Shown here piece by piece: positions 1-9,342 of a stretch of 64,000 nucleotides of DNA. The notes under the pieces were generated by a model. The model did not search any database, was not told where the DNA came from, and saw nothing but the letters and a program-made list of their open reading frames with translations. The DNA lies in contig CBDDIJ010000003.1 in the NCBI GenBank assembly GCA_965228855.1, positions 2,304,001 to 2,368,000 on the forward strand. The letters run 5' to 3'. The first letter of the stretch is position 1, and the number at the start of each line of letters is the position of its first letter. This DNA comes from Candidatus Obscuribacterales bacterium. GTDB taxonomy: Bacteria > Cyanobacteriota > Vampirovibrionia > Obscuribacterales > Obscuribacteraceae. The position numbers were made by a program, and so were the translations under genes.

Positions 1-957
1 CACTTCTTGATCAATCAGAATTCCGGCGACAACTTCTTGCGCATCGGTCTGCTATTCGTCGCTATGTCGAATGCGGGCGATGCTTTGTCTATAGACAATT
101 TGCTCAAAGCGACAAGACAAGATTGGCGGAAAGAGGGATTCCGCCCGCCGCTATCTGCTCCATGGGCACAGCGCATGTTGCAGATCCAGCTCTGTATCGC
201 ATATTTCCATACATTCTGGTGCAAAATCGCCGGTGAGGATTGGAACAACGGAACGGCAGTTTATTATGCCAGCCGCTATGATGACATCATCCGTTTTCCG
301 CTTCCATATCTATTAGATGATCTGAACGTCATAAAGATTCTTACCTGGGGTACGCTGGTAGTTGAACTTGCACTCTGCACGCTAATCTGGTGGCGCCCGG
401 TGCGCTACTGGATCATAATTGTAGGCGTGGCGCTTCACCTCGGCATCGAGTACACGATGAACCTGCCGATGTTCGAATGGCTATTTATTTCAAGTTATCT
501 GCTGTTTATCTATCCTGAACACTACGGCCAGGCAATGGATGCAGTGAAAGCCTGGATCCACAAAAACGTCGCAAAACCAAGCGACCTCGTTTTCGACGGA
601 AACTGCATCTTCTGTGTGCGCACAGTCGGTCTGATTCATCGCATGGATATTTTCGGTATGGTGCGATTGCACAACTTCAGAGATCTAGGTGACATCGACT
701 GGAAGACTGAAGTAAATGAGGAACGAGCCGAGAAAGAAATTCTACTGCGCAAGCCTGATGGAAAGTGGCTTGGCGGTTTTGCCGCGTTTCGATACATGGC
801 TGGTCGAATGCCCTGGCTCATGTTGCTCGCTCCGTTCCTCTATTTGCCTGGAATTGCGCAAATCGGAGATGCCGTATATAAACTCGTGGCAGCAAATCGC
901 TATGTGCTGCTCGGTGGCAGATGCGACCATAAGACTTGCACCTTGGCGGCGAAATAG
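1..957 (+). CDS. HTTM-domain membrane protein fused to a C-terminal DCC1/DUF393 thiol-disulfide oxidoreductase domain (5' partial)
   Basis: Frame is open from the window edge. HTTM-like segments QIQLCIAYFHTFWCK..W.NGTA and LHLGIEYTMNLPMF; C-terminal VFDGNCIFC (DxxCxxC) and YKLVAANRY, typical of DUF393. Confidence 0.8.
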   Translation, partial: HFLINQNSGDNFLRIGLLFVAMSNAGDALSIDNLLKATRQDWRKEGFRPPLSAPWAQRMLQIQLCIAYFHTFWCKIAGEDWNNGTAVYYASRYDDIIRFPLPYLLDDLNVIKILTWGTLVVELALCTLIWWRPVRYWIIIVGVALHLGIEYTMNLPMFEWLFISSYLLFIYPEHYGQAMDAVKAWIHKNVAKPSDLVFDGNCIFCVRTVGLIHRMDIFGMVRLHNFRDLGDIDWKTEVNEERAEKEILLRKPDGKWLGGFAAFRYMAGRMPWLMLLAPFLYLPGIAQIGDAVYKLVAANRYVLLGGRCDHKTCTLAAK

Positions 958-965
958 GAGGGCGG

Positions 966-1712
966 ATGGCAAGGATTGCAATAGCATTATTAGTAGCGGT
1001 GCTCTATATCTGGGTCATCATGGTGACGATGCCTTACCGCCGAAACGTCATTCAGCAACAAGATCTTACTGATTACTACGCCACACAAGAGCGTGAATTC
1101 GCATACGCGAAACAGGCGTATGAAACGGAAAAGGCAAAACCCAATCCAAATCAAGAACAGCTCCAACTAGCGCAAGAACGCCTTGCCCTTTACTGCTGGG
1201 AAAAGCGCGACTATGACAGAGCAGTAGAACTGCTGGACGATCTGGCGAAGAAGCGAAAACCCGCAGAAGGAGCGCCTTACAGTGAGAAGTATGTCGATAC
1301 GCTGTTGCGTCTGGCCGGCGTATACCGCGATGTGACCAACTGGAAAGTCGCGGAGATGACTTATCAGGAAGTCATGGATTACGACAAGAAATTCTTTGAA
1401 AACACAGATCCGAACAACGTAAAACTCGCTCGTGATTTGAACAACATGGGCTTGTTCTACTACCTGAAGGGAACCAGCGAGAAAGAAGAAGCTGCCCGCA
1501 GCGCGATTTTGAAGCAGTCTTCGGAGTTTCTGAATCAAGCGATCAAAAAGTATCAGGCAAAGCTCGGACCCGACTCTCAATCCGAGGGGATCGCTTTATG
1601 GAATCTGTATCTGACGGAACGCGACCTTGGTAATGTGAAAGAAGCGGATGCAATTAAAGCCCGAGCAGAAGCGATTGATGCTAAAGCCAATCGCCCTGTA
1701 AAAGCGCCTTAA
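966..1712 (+). CDS. Membrane-anchored tetratricopeptide-repeat protein
   Basis: ATG at 966 after GGAGG; N-terminal TM helix; TPR-like helices (TLLRLAGVYRD, ARDLNNMGLFYY). Confidence 0.75.
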   Translation: MARIAIALLVAVLYIWVIMVTMPYRRNVIQQQDLTDYYATQEREFAYAKQAYETEKAKPNPNQEQLQLAQERLALYCWEKRDYDRAVELLDDLAKKRKPAEGAPYSEKYVDTLLRLAGVYRDVTNWKVAEMTYQEVMDYDKKFFENTDPNNVKLARDLNNMGLFYYLKGTSEKEEAARSAILKQSSEFLNQAIKKYQAKLGPDSQSEGIALWNLYLTERDLGNVKEADAIKARAEAIDAKANRPVKAP

Positions 1713-1734
1713 GTTAGTTCGTCCTCTCGCAAAC

Positions 1735-3399
1735 TTAAGGCTTTGGCGCATCCGTTTTCAACTTATAGCAAACAAGAGCGGTTCTGAATCCGTAGTAGTC
1801 GAAGTTCGGCTGCGCATCGCTGTCCGGCCACTCGGCGTAGGCATACTCCTCGTACATGCTGTCGATCGTTTCCAAAACCTTGTGTTCCTTCAAGATGTCC
1901 CCAAGACTTTCGCGCTCGATCATAATCATCTTCGGCTTGACCGTTTTTATATCCGCTATCAAACGCTCATACATCCGAAATTGCAACCCCGTGTACTTTT
2001 CGGCGTTGGCATTATCGCGCTCCATCAACAAGCGCGACATGCGAATCGGGTAACCGGTGAGCAAATATGTCGCTGGTTTGCGATTGAACTGAATCATGAG
2101 CGGATACGCGGGTCTGACCCTGTCGTTCAAAATGAGAACCTTGTCGCCCGGCTTGGATTCTGCCTCGAGGCGAGTCGAGAATGCCGACTCCTCGTTCCAA
2201 AAATATGTTCCTGAGTAACCGTACGCTTCCAGGTTTTTCACATCATCATGATTGGTGGTGCTCATGTATGTGAAACAAACCGCGCCAACTCCGGCGCAGA
2301 CAGCCGCGATAATCGGCGTGAATAGCTTCGCTCCAAGTGCTCTCACATTTACTATCGAGTTGACTGCTACTGAAATCATGAGCGCTAAGGTCAGAAACGA
2401 CCCGTAAACCATAGGAAGCATTTGCGCAAGCATCGACTTCCCGGTAATGACGAAGGTACCGAAGCCGACAATCGAGAAGGCAATAAACAAAGGAATCAGC
2501 GAGCAGCGACGGCGCAAGCCCAGAGCGACAGAAGAGACCAGCATCATGAAATAGACTATGTTGCGATAATCGGGAGTTTTATTAACCCACCACAATCGTT
2601 CATCAAAAGTGACGTAATCACATACCACCATTGGCAGTGCGTAGTTGAAATAGATGTTGGAATAGTCCCTGCTGCAAAAAACAAAATGTAAGAGATAGAG
2701 GAAAATGATTACGAGCGCTGCACGCACTTCCATCGACATTGGCGGAGCAAGCCTATGCTTGGCGGCACAGAAGTATACCTCCATCAACAAAGCTATGATC
2801 AGGAATAAAGGGTCAAGGACAATACCGATACCACCTACGATACCAGCAATTAACGTTAGCTTCGCGTCCTTCGGCTGATTCGTCCAGGAGAGCCAGCGGG
2901 TTATGAGAAACGGGAGATACATCAGGAGAAACAAATGCTCCCGCTGACCAAACTCTCTGATCATGATCAGGTTTAGCAAGACGCAGCCAATGATGAGAGC
3001 CGGCATGTGGGCCTGCTCTCTAGACTTCTGCTGAAACAGGATCAGGGAAATTAGGGCACAAGAACCAACAGCAAGAACGAATACGAAAGTGTGAAATACA
3101 ACTACCGGATGTATGGCTGGAACCAATTTGCAAAACAGCGCGGGAATAGCGCACAGATACATGAGGGACGGGGCCGATACTTCCATGAAATCAATAAACG
3201 GAATTTTTCCGTCGACGATCAGCATTCCGCATTGCAAAGCAAGCGCGGCTTCGGCCGCAATGCGCAATCCAAACATTTGAAGTTGCGCCAACAGTGCGAC
3301 GAAGATAGCGGCAACAACAATTATCGTGTTCGCTCTCGATTGATACGAAGCAATCGTTTTCACTCTAGCTGCTCGTTCCAGTAAAAGCATAGCCCTCAT
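1735..3399 (-). CDS. Polytopic membrane protein, putative GT-C-fold glycosyltransferase (paralog of 3396-5039)
   Basis: About 11 hydrophobic segments; GKIPFIDFME and FGQREH motifs shared with the neighbouring gene; soluble C-terminal domain; ATGA overlap with the upstream gene. Confidence 0.55.
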   Translation of the reverse strand: MRAMLLLERAARVKTIASYQSRANTIIVVAAIFVALLAQLQMFGLRIAAEAALALQCGMLIVDGKIPFIDFMEVSAPSLMYLCAIPALFCKLVPAIHPVVVFHTFVFVLAVGSCALISLILFQQKSREQAHMPALIIGCVLLNLIMIREFGQREHLFLLMYLPFLITRWLSWTNQPKDAKLTLIAGIVGGIGIVLDPLFLIIALLMEVYFCAAKHRLAPPMSMEVRAALVIIFLYLLHFVFCSRDYSNIYFNYALPMVVCDYVTFDERLWWVNKTPDYRNIVYFMMLVSSVALGLRRRCSLIPLFIAFSIVGFGTFVITGKSMLAQMLPMVYGSFLTLALMISVAVNSIVNVRALGAKLFTPIIAAVCAGVGAVCFTYMSTTNHDDVKNLEAYGYSGTYFWNEESAFSTRLEAESKPGDKVLILNDRVRPAYPLMIQFNRKPATYLLTGYPIRMSRLLMERDNANAEKYTGLQFRMYERLIADIKTVKPKMIMIERESLGDILKEHKVLETIDSMYEEYAYAEWPDSDAQPNFDYYGFRTALVCYKLKTDAPKP

Positions 3400-5039
3400 T
3401 TTCCGGGTTTGCGCCGGAAGGTGCGAAAGTTTTCAATCTGCTCGAGTTCATCATAGTCAGCCGACAGGTATTTGGAAACGAATTTGTACGGCTCGTCAAA
3501 ATAGTCCGGTCCCTTTTGCATGAAGATAAATCGCGGTTTGTTTTTCTGAATATCTTCTGCATATTCATTGACGATTCTCGGCATCTGGGAAGACAAATTA
3601 TCGTTGTGCGGCGAATGAGGAAGAATGTCTTTGATGTACGACAGAACCGAAAGAATTACCATATGGAGATGCCTGGAACCCGGCTCGAAGCGGAGCTGAG
3701 TAAGCCATGGATACCCCGGTGATACCGCATTTGACATCACAATCACTTTGTCACCCAGCTTGTATCCATCAAGCACGAGCGACGTGTAAGGCGAGTGAAT
3801 GTCTGCCCAGGGCGACGAACCCTGGTAGCCGATGGTTTTTAAATCGAAGTGCCTGGGGTCTTCGACAACGATCTTATAGTCCTCCTGACCATCGCGGAAT
3901 GCGATACCAAGGGCTGAAACAACTATCAATCCAAGGGTGAATCGATGCGAGATGGAAACTGGAGACTTGGAAAATCTGGTACTGAACTTAGTGACGGCGC
4001 TCTCCAACAGTTTCCAACCAAGAAAAATGAAGTAGCCGACTTCCATCGAGAACAGAATAAACGCACCTGCGTAAACCGGCTGGTCATGGTAGCCCCAGCC
4101 TTTGAATTGGATCAAATATGGAATTATGCTGCCGAACACAAATATCGTAAGAGGCAAAAGAAACGAGCAACGTTTCCTCAATGCCACAGCAAGCAAACAG
4201 GCGACCGTAGTGAGAAAGAATACGTCACGCTTTCCCGGGTCCGAAAACGACGCAGCCAGTGACGTATCCCAGTAGTGATATCCAAGCGCGAATGCAGGAA
4301 CGACGAACTTCCAGTAAGCGTCATTCATCGCTTTTGGAACGAACAGGAAGTGGGCGAGGTAGAGAACGCCGCCGCCAAAGCATGCAATATTCTCGGTCGA
4401 TACGAGCTTCCTCCAGCGCCATTTATCCAGCAGGAAATAAAGTTCCACAAGGAAAACGGGAATCAGAAAGTGCGGCTTAATGCAGATTCCAATTGCGGCC
4501 ATGAATCCGATAGCGGCAGACCAGACTTTCGACTGGACACCGCGTTCTTGCCAACGCAGAGTACGCAAGACCAGATATGGCATGTACAGCAAAACAAAAA
4601 TTTCCTCCCGCTGACCGAAGTCGTAGCGTAAGAAGAAGTTGAACAAAGTCAGTCCTACTAAAAACGGAAGAAAGAAAGGCGCCTCAGCTCGCTTTGCGTG
4701 CCGGAAAAACAGCATCAAGCAAGTGACGACGGAGTAAACGATGAGAACAACGAGGAAGTAGTTGAACGCCAGTGTGACCGGAATATTGAAGAGCTCGGAT
4801 CCGAATGCTGGAATTGTATAGAGATACCAGACCAGGGGAGGATTGGCGTCGCTCATATCCACGTAAGGAATCTTTCCTTGCGTGATCATCTGGGCGATCT
4901 GCAAGTGCAACGCAGGATCCCAGCCGATTCGCAAAGGATGAATAGCGACAGCAAAAGCCAGACGCGCTGTCATGATTGCGACGACAGCAATACAGCAGTA
5001 AAAGAGTCCTTTATCTTCTTTTAGAACGGATTGCTGCAA
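3396..5039 (-). CDS. Polytopic membrane protein, putative GT-C-fold (ArnT/GT39/GT87-like) glycosyltransferase
   Basis: First loop WD....GKIPYVDMSDANPP resembles the G..PY.D..D..PP pattern of lipid-linked-sugar transferases; FGQREE and IKPHF motifs; TTG start with GAGGA RBS. Confidence 0.6.
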   Translation of the reverse strand: MQQSVLKEDKGLFYCCIAVVAIMTARLAFAVAIHPLRIGWDPALHLQIAQMITQGKIPYVDMSDANPPLVWYLYTIPAFGSELFNIPVTLAFNYFLVVLIVYSVVTCLMLFFRHAKRAEAPFFLPFLVGLTLFNFFLRYDFGQREEIFVLLYMPYLVLRTLRWQERGVQSKVWSAAIGFMAAIGICIKPHFLIPVFLVELYFLLDKWRWRKLVSTENIACFGGGVLYLAHFLFVPKAMNDAYWKFVVPAFALGYHYWDTSLAASFSDPGKRDVFFLTTVACLLAVALRKRCSFLLPLTIFVFGSIIPYLIQFKGWGYHDQPVYAGAFILFSMEVGYFIFLGWKLLESAVTKFSTRFSKSPVSISHRFTLGLIVVSALGIAFRDGQEDYKIVVEDPRHFDLKTIGYQGSSPWADIHSPYTSLVLDGYKLGDKVIVMSNAVSPGYPWLTQLRFEPGSRHLHMVILSVLSYIKDILPHSPHNDNLSSQMPRIVNEYAEDIQKNKPRFIFMQKGPDYFDEPYKFVSKYLSADYDELEQIENFRTFRRKPGK

Positions 5040-5058
5040 GTGTCCTCACTAGTTCGGA

Positions 5059-5532
5059 CTAATAACCCCACGCACGAAAGAACTGATCGTCGGTCTTCAC
5101 GTTGTGCAAGAGCCACTCTGAGGTTACGCTCTGCGTCTCGTTCTTCACTCGATTGTAGAACTTTAGATTGTTGTACTGATCGACACCCAGGGCTGGACTT
5201 GGCGGAGTTTCAACTCCGGCGAAATAGCGTCGCGCAGCTTCTTTATCCTGGTCGTTCGGAAGGAACTCAGACTTTTTCTTCAACTCCGCTATATGACCGG
5301 GCAGTTTAAAATGAATCCAGTAGTCATAATTACCAGAGACCTCGCCACCACCGGTGAGGTCAGTAACGCTTTCCGGACTGTCCACAAAGTTCTCAGCGAA
5401 TATCTTGGCCGGTTGAACCGTGTAGTTCGAAAATCCAATCTTGTAAATGAAGTATCCGACAAGTCCAATAACAGCCACTGTGAGAAGCGCCATCAACGGT
5501 TTTGCTGCACCCGAGCCACCCTGGTTTGTCAT
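5059..5532 (-). CDS. Hypothetical single-TM membrane or exported protein
   Basis: ORF co-oriented with neighbours; probable start ATG 5532 (MTNQGG); N-terminal TM LMALLTVAVIGLVGYFIY. Confidence 0.65.
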   Translation of the reverse strand: MTNQGGSGAAKPLMALLTVAVIGLVGYFIYKIGFSNYTVQPAKIFAENFVDSPESVTDLTGGGEVSGNYDYWIHFKLPGHIAELKKKSEFLPNDQDKEAARRYFAGVETPPSPALGVDQYNNLKFYNRVKNETQSVTSEWLLHNVKTDDQFFRAWGY

Positions 5533-5652
5533 ACGAAATCTGTCACTCCGAATCCACTGCAAATCACAACGCTCATGGAGCCTTGCATTCCCAGTTTAGC
5601 AAGAGAGCTTGAGTCTTGCGATGACAAGACCAATATCAGCTGCATTAGTTAG

Positions 5653-6819
5653 CTACGCAATCAAAACATCTCGACATCTTGCATCACGCAGTCGCCAGAT
5701 AGCTGCATCCGAGACGAAGTGATGGAAGTTGATACACGCTTGGATTACGGTAGCGACAAGACCGAACGTCAGACCGAAATACATCATAAAGTGAGGCACG
5801 AAGATGTAGACGAACATTCCGGCGACAATGACGTACGCCCAATATCTCATGGACCGTGGCGAGAACCAGTTTTTAAACACATCCTTCGAAAGCATGCCTT
5901 CCTGCAAGCCTTTCTCTTTGATGTAGAAACCGAGTGAGATCGCCAGGTATTGACTGCCATGGAAGAAATTGGGACCGTACTGCCAGATCATCGAGGACGC
6001 CATGCCCACCGACCAACCGATGGCAGCGACTGTAAGAACCTGACATATCGCGGGAAACGGCATCATCAGTCCTTCACGATGCCACTTTCTGACGACGACA
6101 CCGACGAACAAAGTCGTCATCACGGTGAAGCAGACAATTCCAAGATCATACAGCCAGAGTGGCAGACCCCAGAACGGCACGTCGACGCCCCAGTAGACAT
6201 AGGGACTGTACTCCCGGTGACAGAGTATCCGAGTGATAATCACATAAGACAGCGAGTGCATGAACCATCTAAAGGTTTCGCGCTCGAAGTTGTTCATGAA
6301 ATAGCCGCGCTTATAGCAGTAAATCAGCGCGACTCCGAAGCACTGACCGACGTAGTGTTGGAAAACCCACATCATATGCAGATATACGACGGTGCCGGCA
6401 GCTTCTTTCCAGATGCACGCCATCACAAATAGCGACAGACTGAGCCAGGGCAGATAATACGCGTACAGCCGGAACGTCTTGCGACTCTCCGGGGTAGCAT
6501 AGATCCGCATATAAGTGGCAATCGTATGTGTGTCCGCAAAGATGTGTTGACCGAGAATTCCAGCCATCATCACAATCGTGCCGATGGCGAAAGCTTCTTT
6601 GCTGGTCGAAAGTTGTGTGTCGAGGTTGTTCCAACCGAAAAGGAAGTAGTGAAGCGCGAAAACTCCCCAGAGAGCTCCCCCATAGACGAAGAGGAAGTCG
6701 AACCAGGGATTCACGATCCAGGGATATGGTTTCGCCTTTTCGAGCGGAACCGCCTGGGCTGTCGCTTTTGATTCTTCCGGAGCTGGCACGCCAGCCAGAG
6801 ATATTGTGCTGCTAACCAA
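5653..6819 (-). CDS. Uncharacterised integral membrane protein with four conserved His motifs (putative metalloenzyme)
   Basis: Motifs DTHTIATYMR, QHYVGQ, FHGSQY, FHHFVSDAAIWRLRD; multiple TM helices; TTG start with GAGGA RBS. Confidence 0.7.
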   Translation of the reverse strand: MVSSTISLAGVPAPEESKATAQAVPLEKAKPYPWIVNPWFDFLFVYGGALWGVFALHYFLFGWNNLDTQLSTSKEAFAIGTIVMMAGILGQHIFADTHTIATYMRIYATPESRKTFRLYAYYLPWLSLSLFVMACIWKEAAGTVVYLHMMWVFQHYVGQCFGVALIYCYKRGYFMNNFERETFRWFMHSLSYVIITRILCHREYSPYVYWGVDVPFWGLPLWLYDLGIVCFTVMTTLFVGVVVRKWHREGLMMPFPAICQVLTVAAIGWSVGMASSMIWQYGPNFFHGSQYLAISLGFYIKEKGLQEGMLSKDVFKNWFSPRSMRYWAYVIVAGMFVYIFVPHFMMYFGLTFGLVATVIQACINFHHFVSDAAIWRLRDARCRDVLIA

Positions 6820-6900
6820 GGATTCTTATCCTCACTAACCCATGTGCGGCCACACTACGAGTCTTTTCTAGTATACCCATAGAACGATTATCTGTAACTG

Positions 6901-6938
6901 AAAAAACAAAGAGCCGAGCGAGATATAACGCCCGGCTC
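6901..6938 (-). terminator. Probable intrinsic terminator after 6992-8131
   Basis: On the minus strand, hairpin GAGCCGGGCG-ttatatct-CGCTCGGCTC followed by TTTGTTTTTT. Confidence 0.7.
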
Positions 6939-6991
6939 CAGTGATAGAAACTGCTGGAGAGTTTCCAGCGAAAGCAACTGCTGGTCTCGGT

Positions 6992-8131
6992 TTAAGACAG
7001 CAAGATTTTTCTGCAGTGATTGTCCCGCAGGCGCCAGATTGCCGCATCGGTGATGAAGTGGTGATAGTTCACACATCCCAACACCAGACCGCCAACCATG
7101 CCGAAATCCAAGCCCATTTGCATGAAGAAATGGGGGATTCCAACGTAGAAGAAACATCCCGTTAAGATCACGGTCCCGATGTATTTAACGGCCGGCCAGC
7201 GAATTACTTCGCGGCTCATTTTCCAGGTGTCCATGCCTTCAGGCATACCGCGTTCTTTCAAATAGTATGCCAGGCACACTGCCAGGTATTGGCTTCCATG
7301 ATAGAAGCCCGGAACGTAGAACCACAACATTGAGTTGGCGGTACCGCTGGACAGACCGAGGCAGGCGACCGTGATAATCAGCAACAACGACGGGATAGGC
7401 ATGATCTTTTTATCCATGACCGCTTTCTTCAGCACCACGCCGACAAAAGCGATTGCCATGCAGATGAGGATCAATCTAGCAGCATTGAAGTAGACCAGCG
7501 GAAGCGGTCCCCAGAATGGAATCGGTACACCGTAGAAGTTTCGAGGACTGAAGTCTTGAAAGGTCAGAAAGCGAATGATCACATAACCGGACATTGAAAG
7601 GATGAACCAACGGAAAATCTCTTTCTCTACGTTGTTCATGATGTAGCCGCGTTTGTAGCAGTAGATGAGAGCAATCCCGAAAGCCTGCGCCGCGTAGTGC
7701 CAGAAAACGGTAATTAGATAGAGATAGACTAGCGAACTCGTGAACTCCGGCTTACTGAGCCCGAGTACGAAGATCGGAATTATGGAATAAGCGAGCCAGG
7801 TTCGGTAAAACTTGAATCGTTTTCGATCTTCCTTACTCCCCCATATCCGCATGTAGGTCGCGGTGTTGTGCGAGTCAGCGAATATGTGTTGAGTCAGGAA
7901 CATCGTGATGATGAGGAACATCGTCAGTCCGTTGGCGTTCATGTCGACGGGCACCGACCAGCCTAGAAACTGGTAGTTGATTGCCATCAGTACGAGAACA
8001 CCACCGCCGGTGATGAATATGAAATCGAAAACCGGGTTGATGATCCACGGATAAGGCTTGCCAGCGTGGGTGGCGGTTGAATCTTTCGGAACTTCAGGTA
8101 CGTTCGTACCTGCAATACTGCTACTAACCAA
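6992..8131 (-). CDS. Uncharacterised His-motif integral membrane protein, paralog of 5653-6819
   Basis: Same motifs: DSHNTATYMR, WHYAAQ, YHGSQY, YHHFITDAAIWRLRD. Start placed at TTG 8131 (MVSSS, matching paralog MVSST) behind GAGGGGAAGGA; the ORF track extends to 8170. Confidence 0.7.
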   Translation of the reverse strand: MVSSSIAGTNVPEVPKDSTATHAGKPYPWIINPVFDFIFITGGGVLVLMAINYQFLGWSVPVDMNANGLTMFLIITMFLTQHIFADSHNTATYMRIWGSKEDRKRFKFYRTWLAYSIIPIFVLGLSKPEFTSSLVYLYLITVFWHYAAQAFGIALIYCYKRGYIMNNVEKEIFRWFILSMSGYVIIRFLTFQDFSPRNFYGVPIPFWGPLPLVYFNAARLILICMAIAFVGVVLKKAVMDKKIMPIPSLLLIITVACLGLSSGTANSMLWFYVPGFYHGSQYLAVCLAYYLKERGMPEGMDTWKMSREVIRWPAVKYIGTVILTGCFFYVGIPHFFMQMGLDFGMVGGLVLGCVNYHHFITDAAIWRLRDNHCRKILLS

Positions 8132-8245
8132 GGTCCTTCCCCTCTTCCTCTTGCGCAATAGGGACAACAAGTTGATACGCCGGCCTTTTTCATTGTACCC
8201 AAGGCACCCGGCGCTAAACCACGATTATTCGACTTATAAGACCTG

Positions 8246-9259
8246 TTACTTTTTCGTTTTCTGATACAGATAATAGGGCGAAACGCGCCGGATCGTATCT
8301 TCGAACGGAGTCGGTTTGAAATCCAACTCTCTCATCGCTTTGTCGGAGCTGAAAAAGATCTTGTGCTGCGCAAGCCAGGCAGCCTGGCGACTCACCGGCG
8401 ATTGCATGCCGAACATCGGCATCACAGCTTCGGCGAGCGTCCCCAAACCAACCAGAATGGATGCCGGAATTTCAAACATAGGCGGGCGAACGCCCTGGAC
8501 CTTGGAAAATATCTCTGCGGCCTGGCGGTAGGTCAAGTTAGCGCTCACAAGCGCATAGCGCTCGCCTGGGGTCCCTTTATCGATTGCGGCGATATGAGCA
8601 TCGACCACATCGTTGATATCGGAGAACGTGACACCACCCTTTGGAACGCCTACCAGCGCGCCTTTTGCCAGCGCCGTAAATATCGCATGATGATGCGGAT
8701 GCTTGTCGCCTTCCCCGAAAGTGATACCAGGTGAAAGTGTGATCACAGGAAGACCACGCTTAAAGATCTGCTTCACTTCTTGCTCTGCAGCATATTTGGA
8801 ATCGCAGTAGTTTAAACCCAAACCGCCCAGGTTGTACTCGAGTTCCTCAGTACCAATCTCGCCGCTCTTTGGAATTCCCATCGCAGCCACTGAACTCGTG
8901 TGAATCACTCTTCCGACTCCGGCTCTCAGAGCGGCTTCCAAAACATTCCGAGTTCCGACCACATTCACGGCATACTGGCGATGAACGTCCTTTTTCTTGT
9001 ACGAAACCAATCCAGCCAGATGGAAAACGACATCGATATCATCCATCGCTCGATGAATACTTTCGAGGTTGGTGACATCACCGCTCAAGTGTTCGATAGG
9101 CAAATCGCGCAGTTTCTTCGAGGCAGTTCCCGAGCGGCCAAAGGTTTTGACCTGATAGCCATCGTCCACAAGACGCTGCACGAGATTAGACCCGATAAAA
9201 CCGGAAGCGCCTGTCACCAGGACTTTTTTATTGGTGTTAGCTTCCTTATCTTCGGACAT
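8246..9259 (-). CDS. NAD-dependent epimerase/dehydratase (extended SDR, HpnA/dihydroflavonol-reductase-like)
   Basis: TGASGFIG, FHLAG, HTSS and YCDSK catalytic motifs. Confidence 0.85.
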   Translation of the reverse strand: MSEDKEANTNKKVLVTGASGFIGSNLVQRLVDDGYQVKTFGRSGTASKKLRDLPIEHLSGDVTNLESIHRAMDDIDVVFHLAGLVSYKKKDVHRQYAVNVVGTRNVLEAALRAGVGRVIHTSSVAAMGIPKSGEIGTEELEYNLGGLGLNYCDSKYAAEQEVKQIFKRGLPVITLSPGITFGEGDKHPHHHAIFTALAKGALVGVPKGGVTFSDINDVVDAHIAAIDKGTPGERYALVSANLTYRQAAEIFSKVQGVRPPMFEIPASILVGLGTLAEAVMPMFGMQSPVSRQAAWLAQHKIFFSSDKAMRELDFKPTPFEDTIRRVSPYYLYQKTKK

Positions 9260-9342
9260 CCGTTTCGATTCTTTTTGGCTCGCGTGTCTATTCTGTCACG
9301 TTGGGTCGACAAATGGGGGTTTTGTGGTTGCGGATTTGACGA

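Noticed and set aside
8246..9259. HpnA-like SDR as evidence of a hopanoid cluster
   Set aside because: There are no shc, hpnC/D/E or radical-SAM hpn genes in the window, and the SDR family is too broad.
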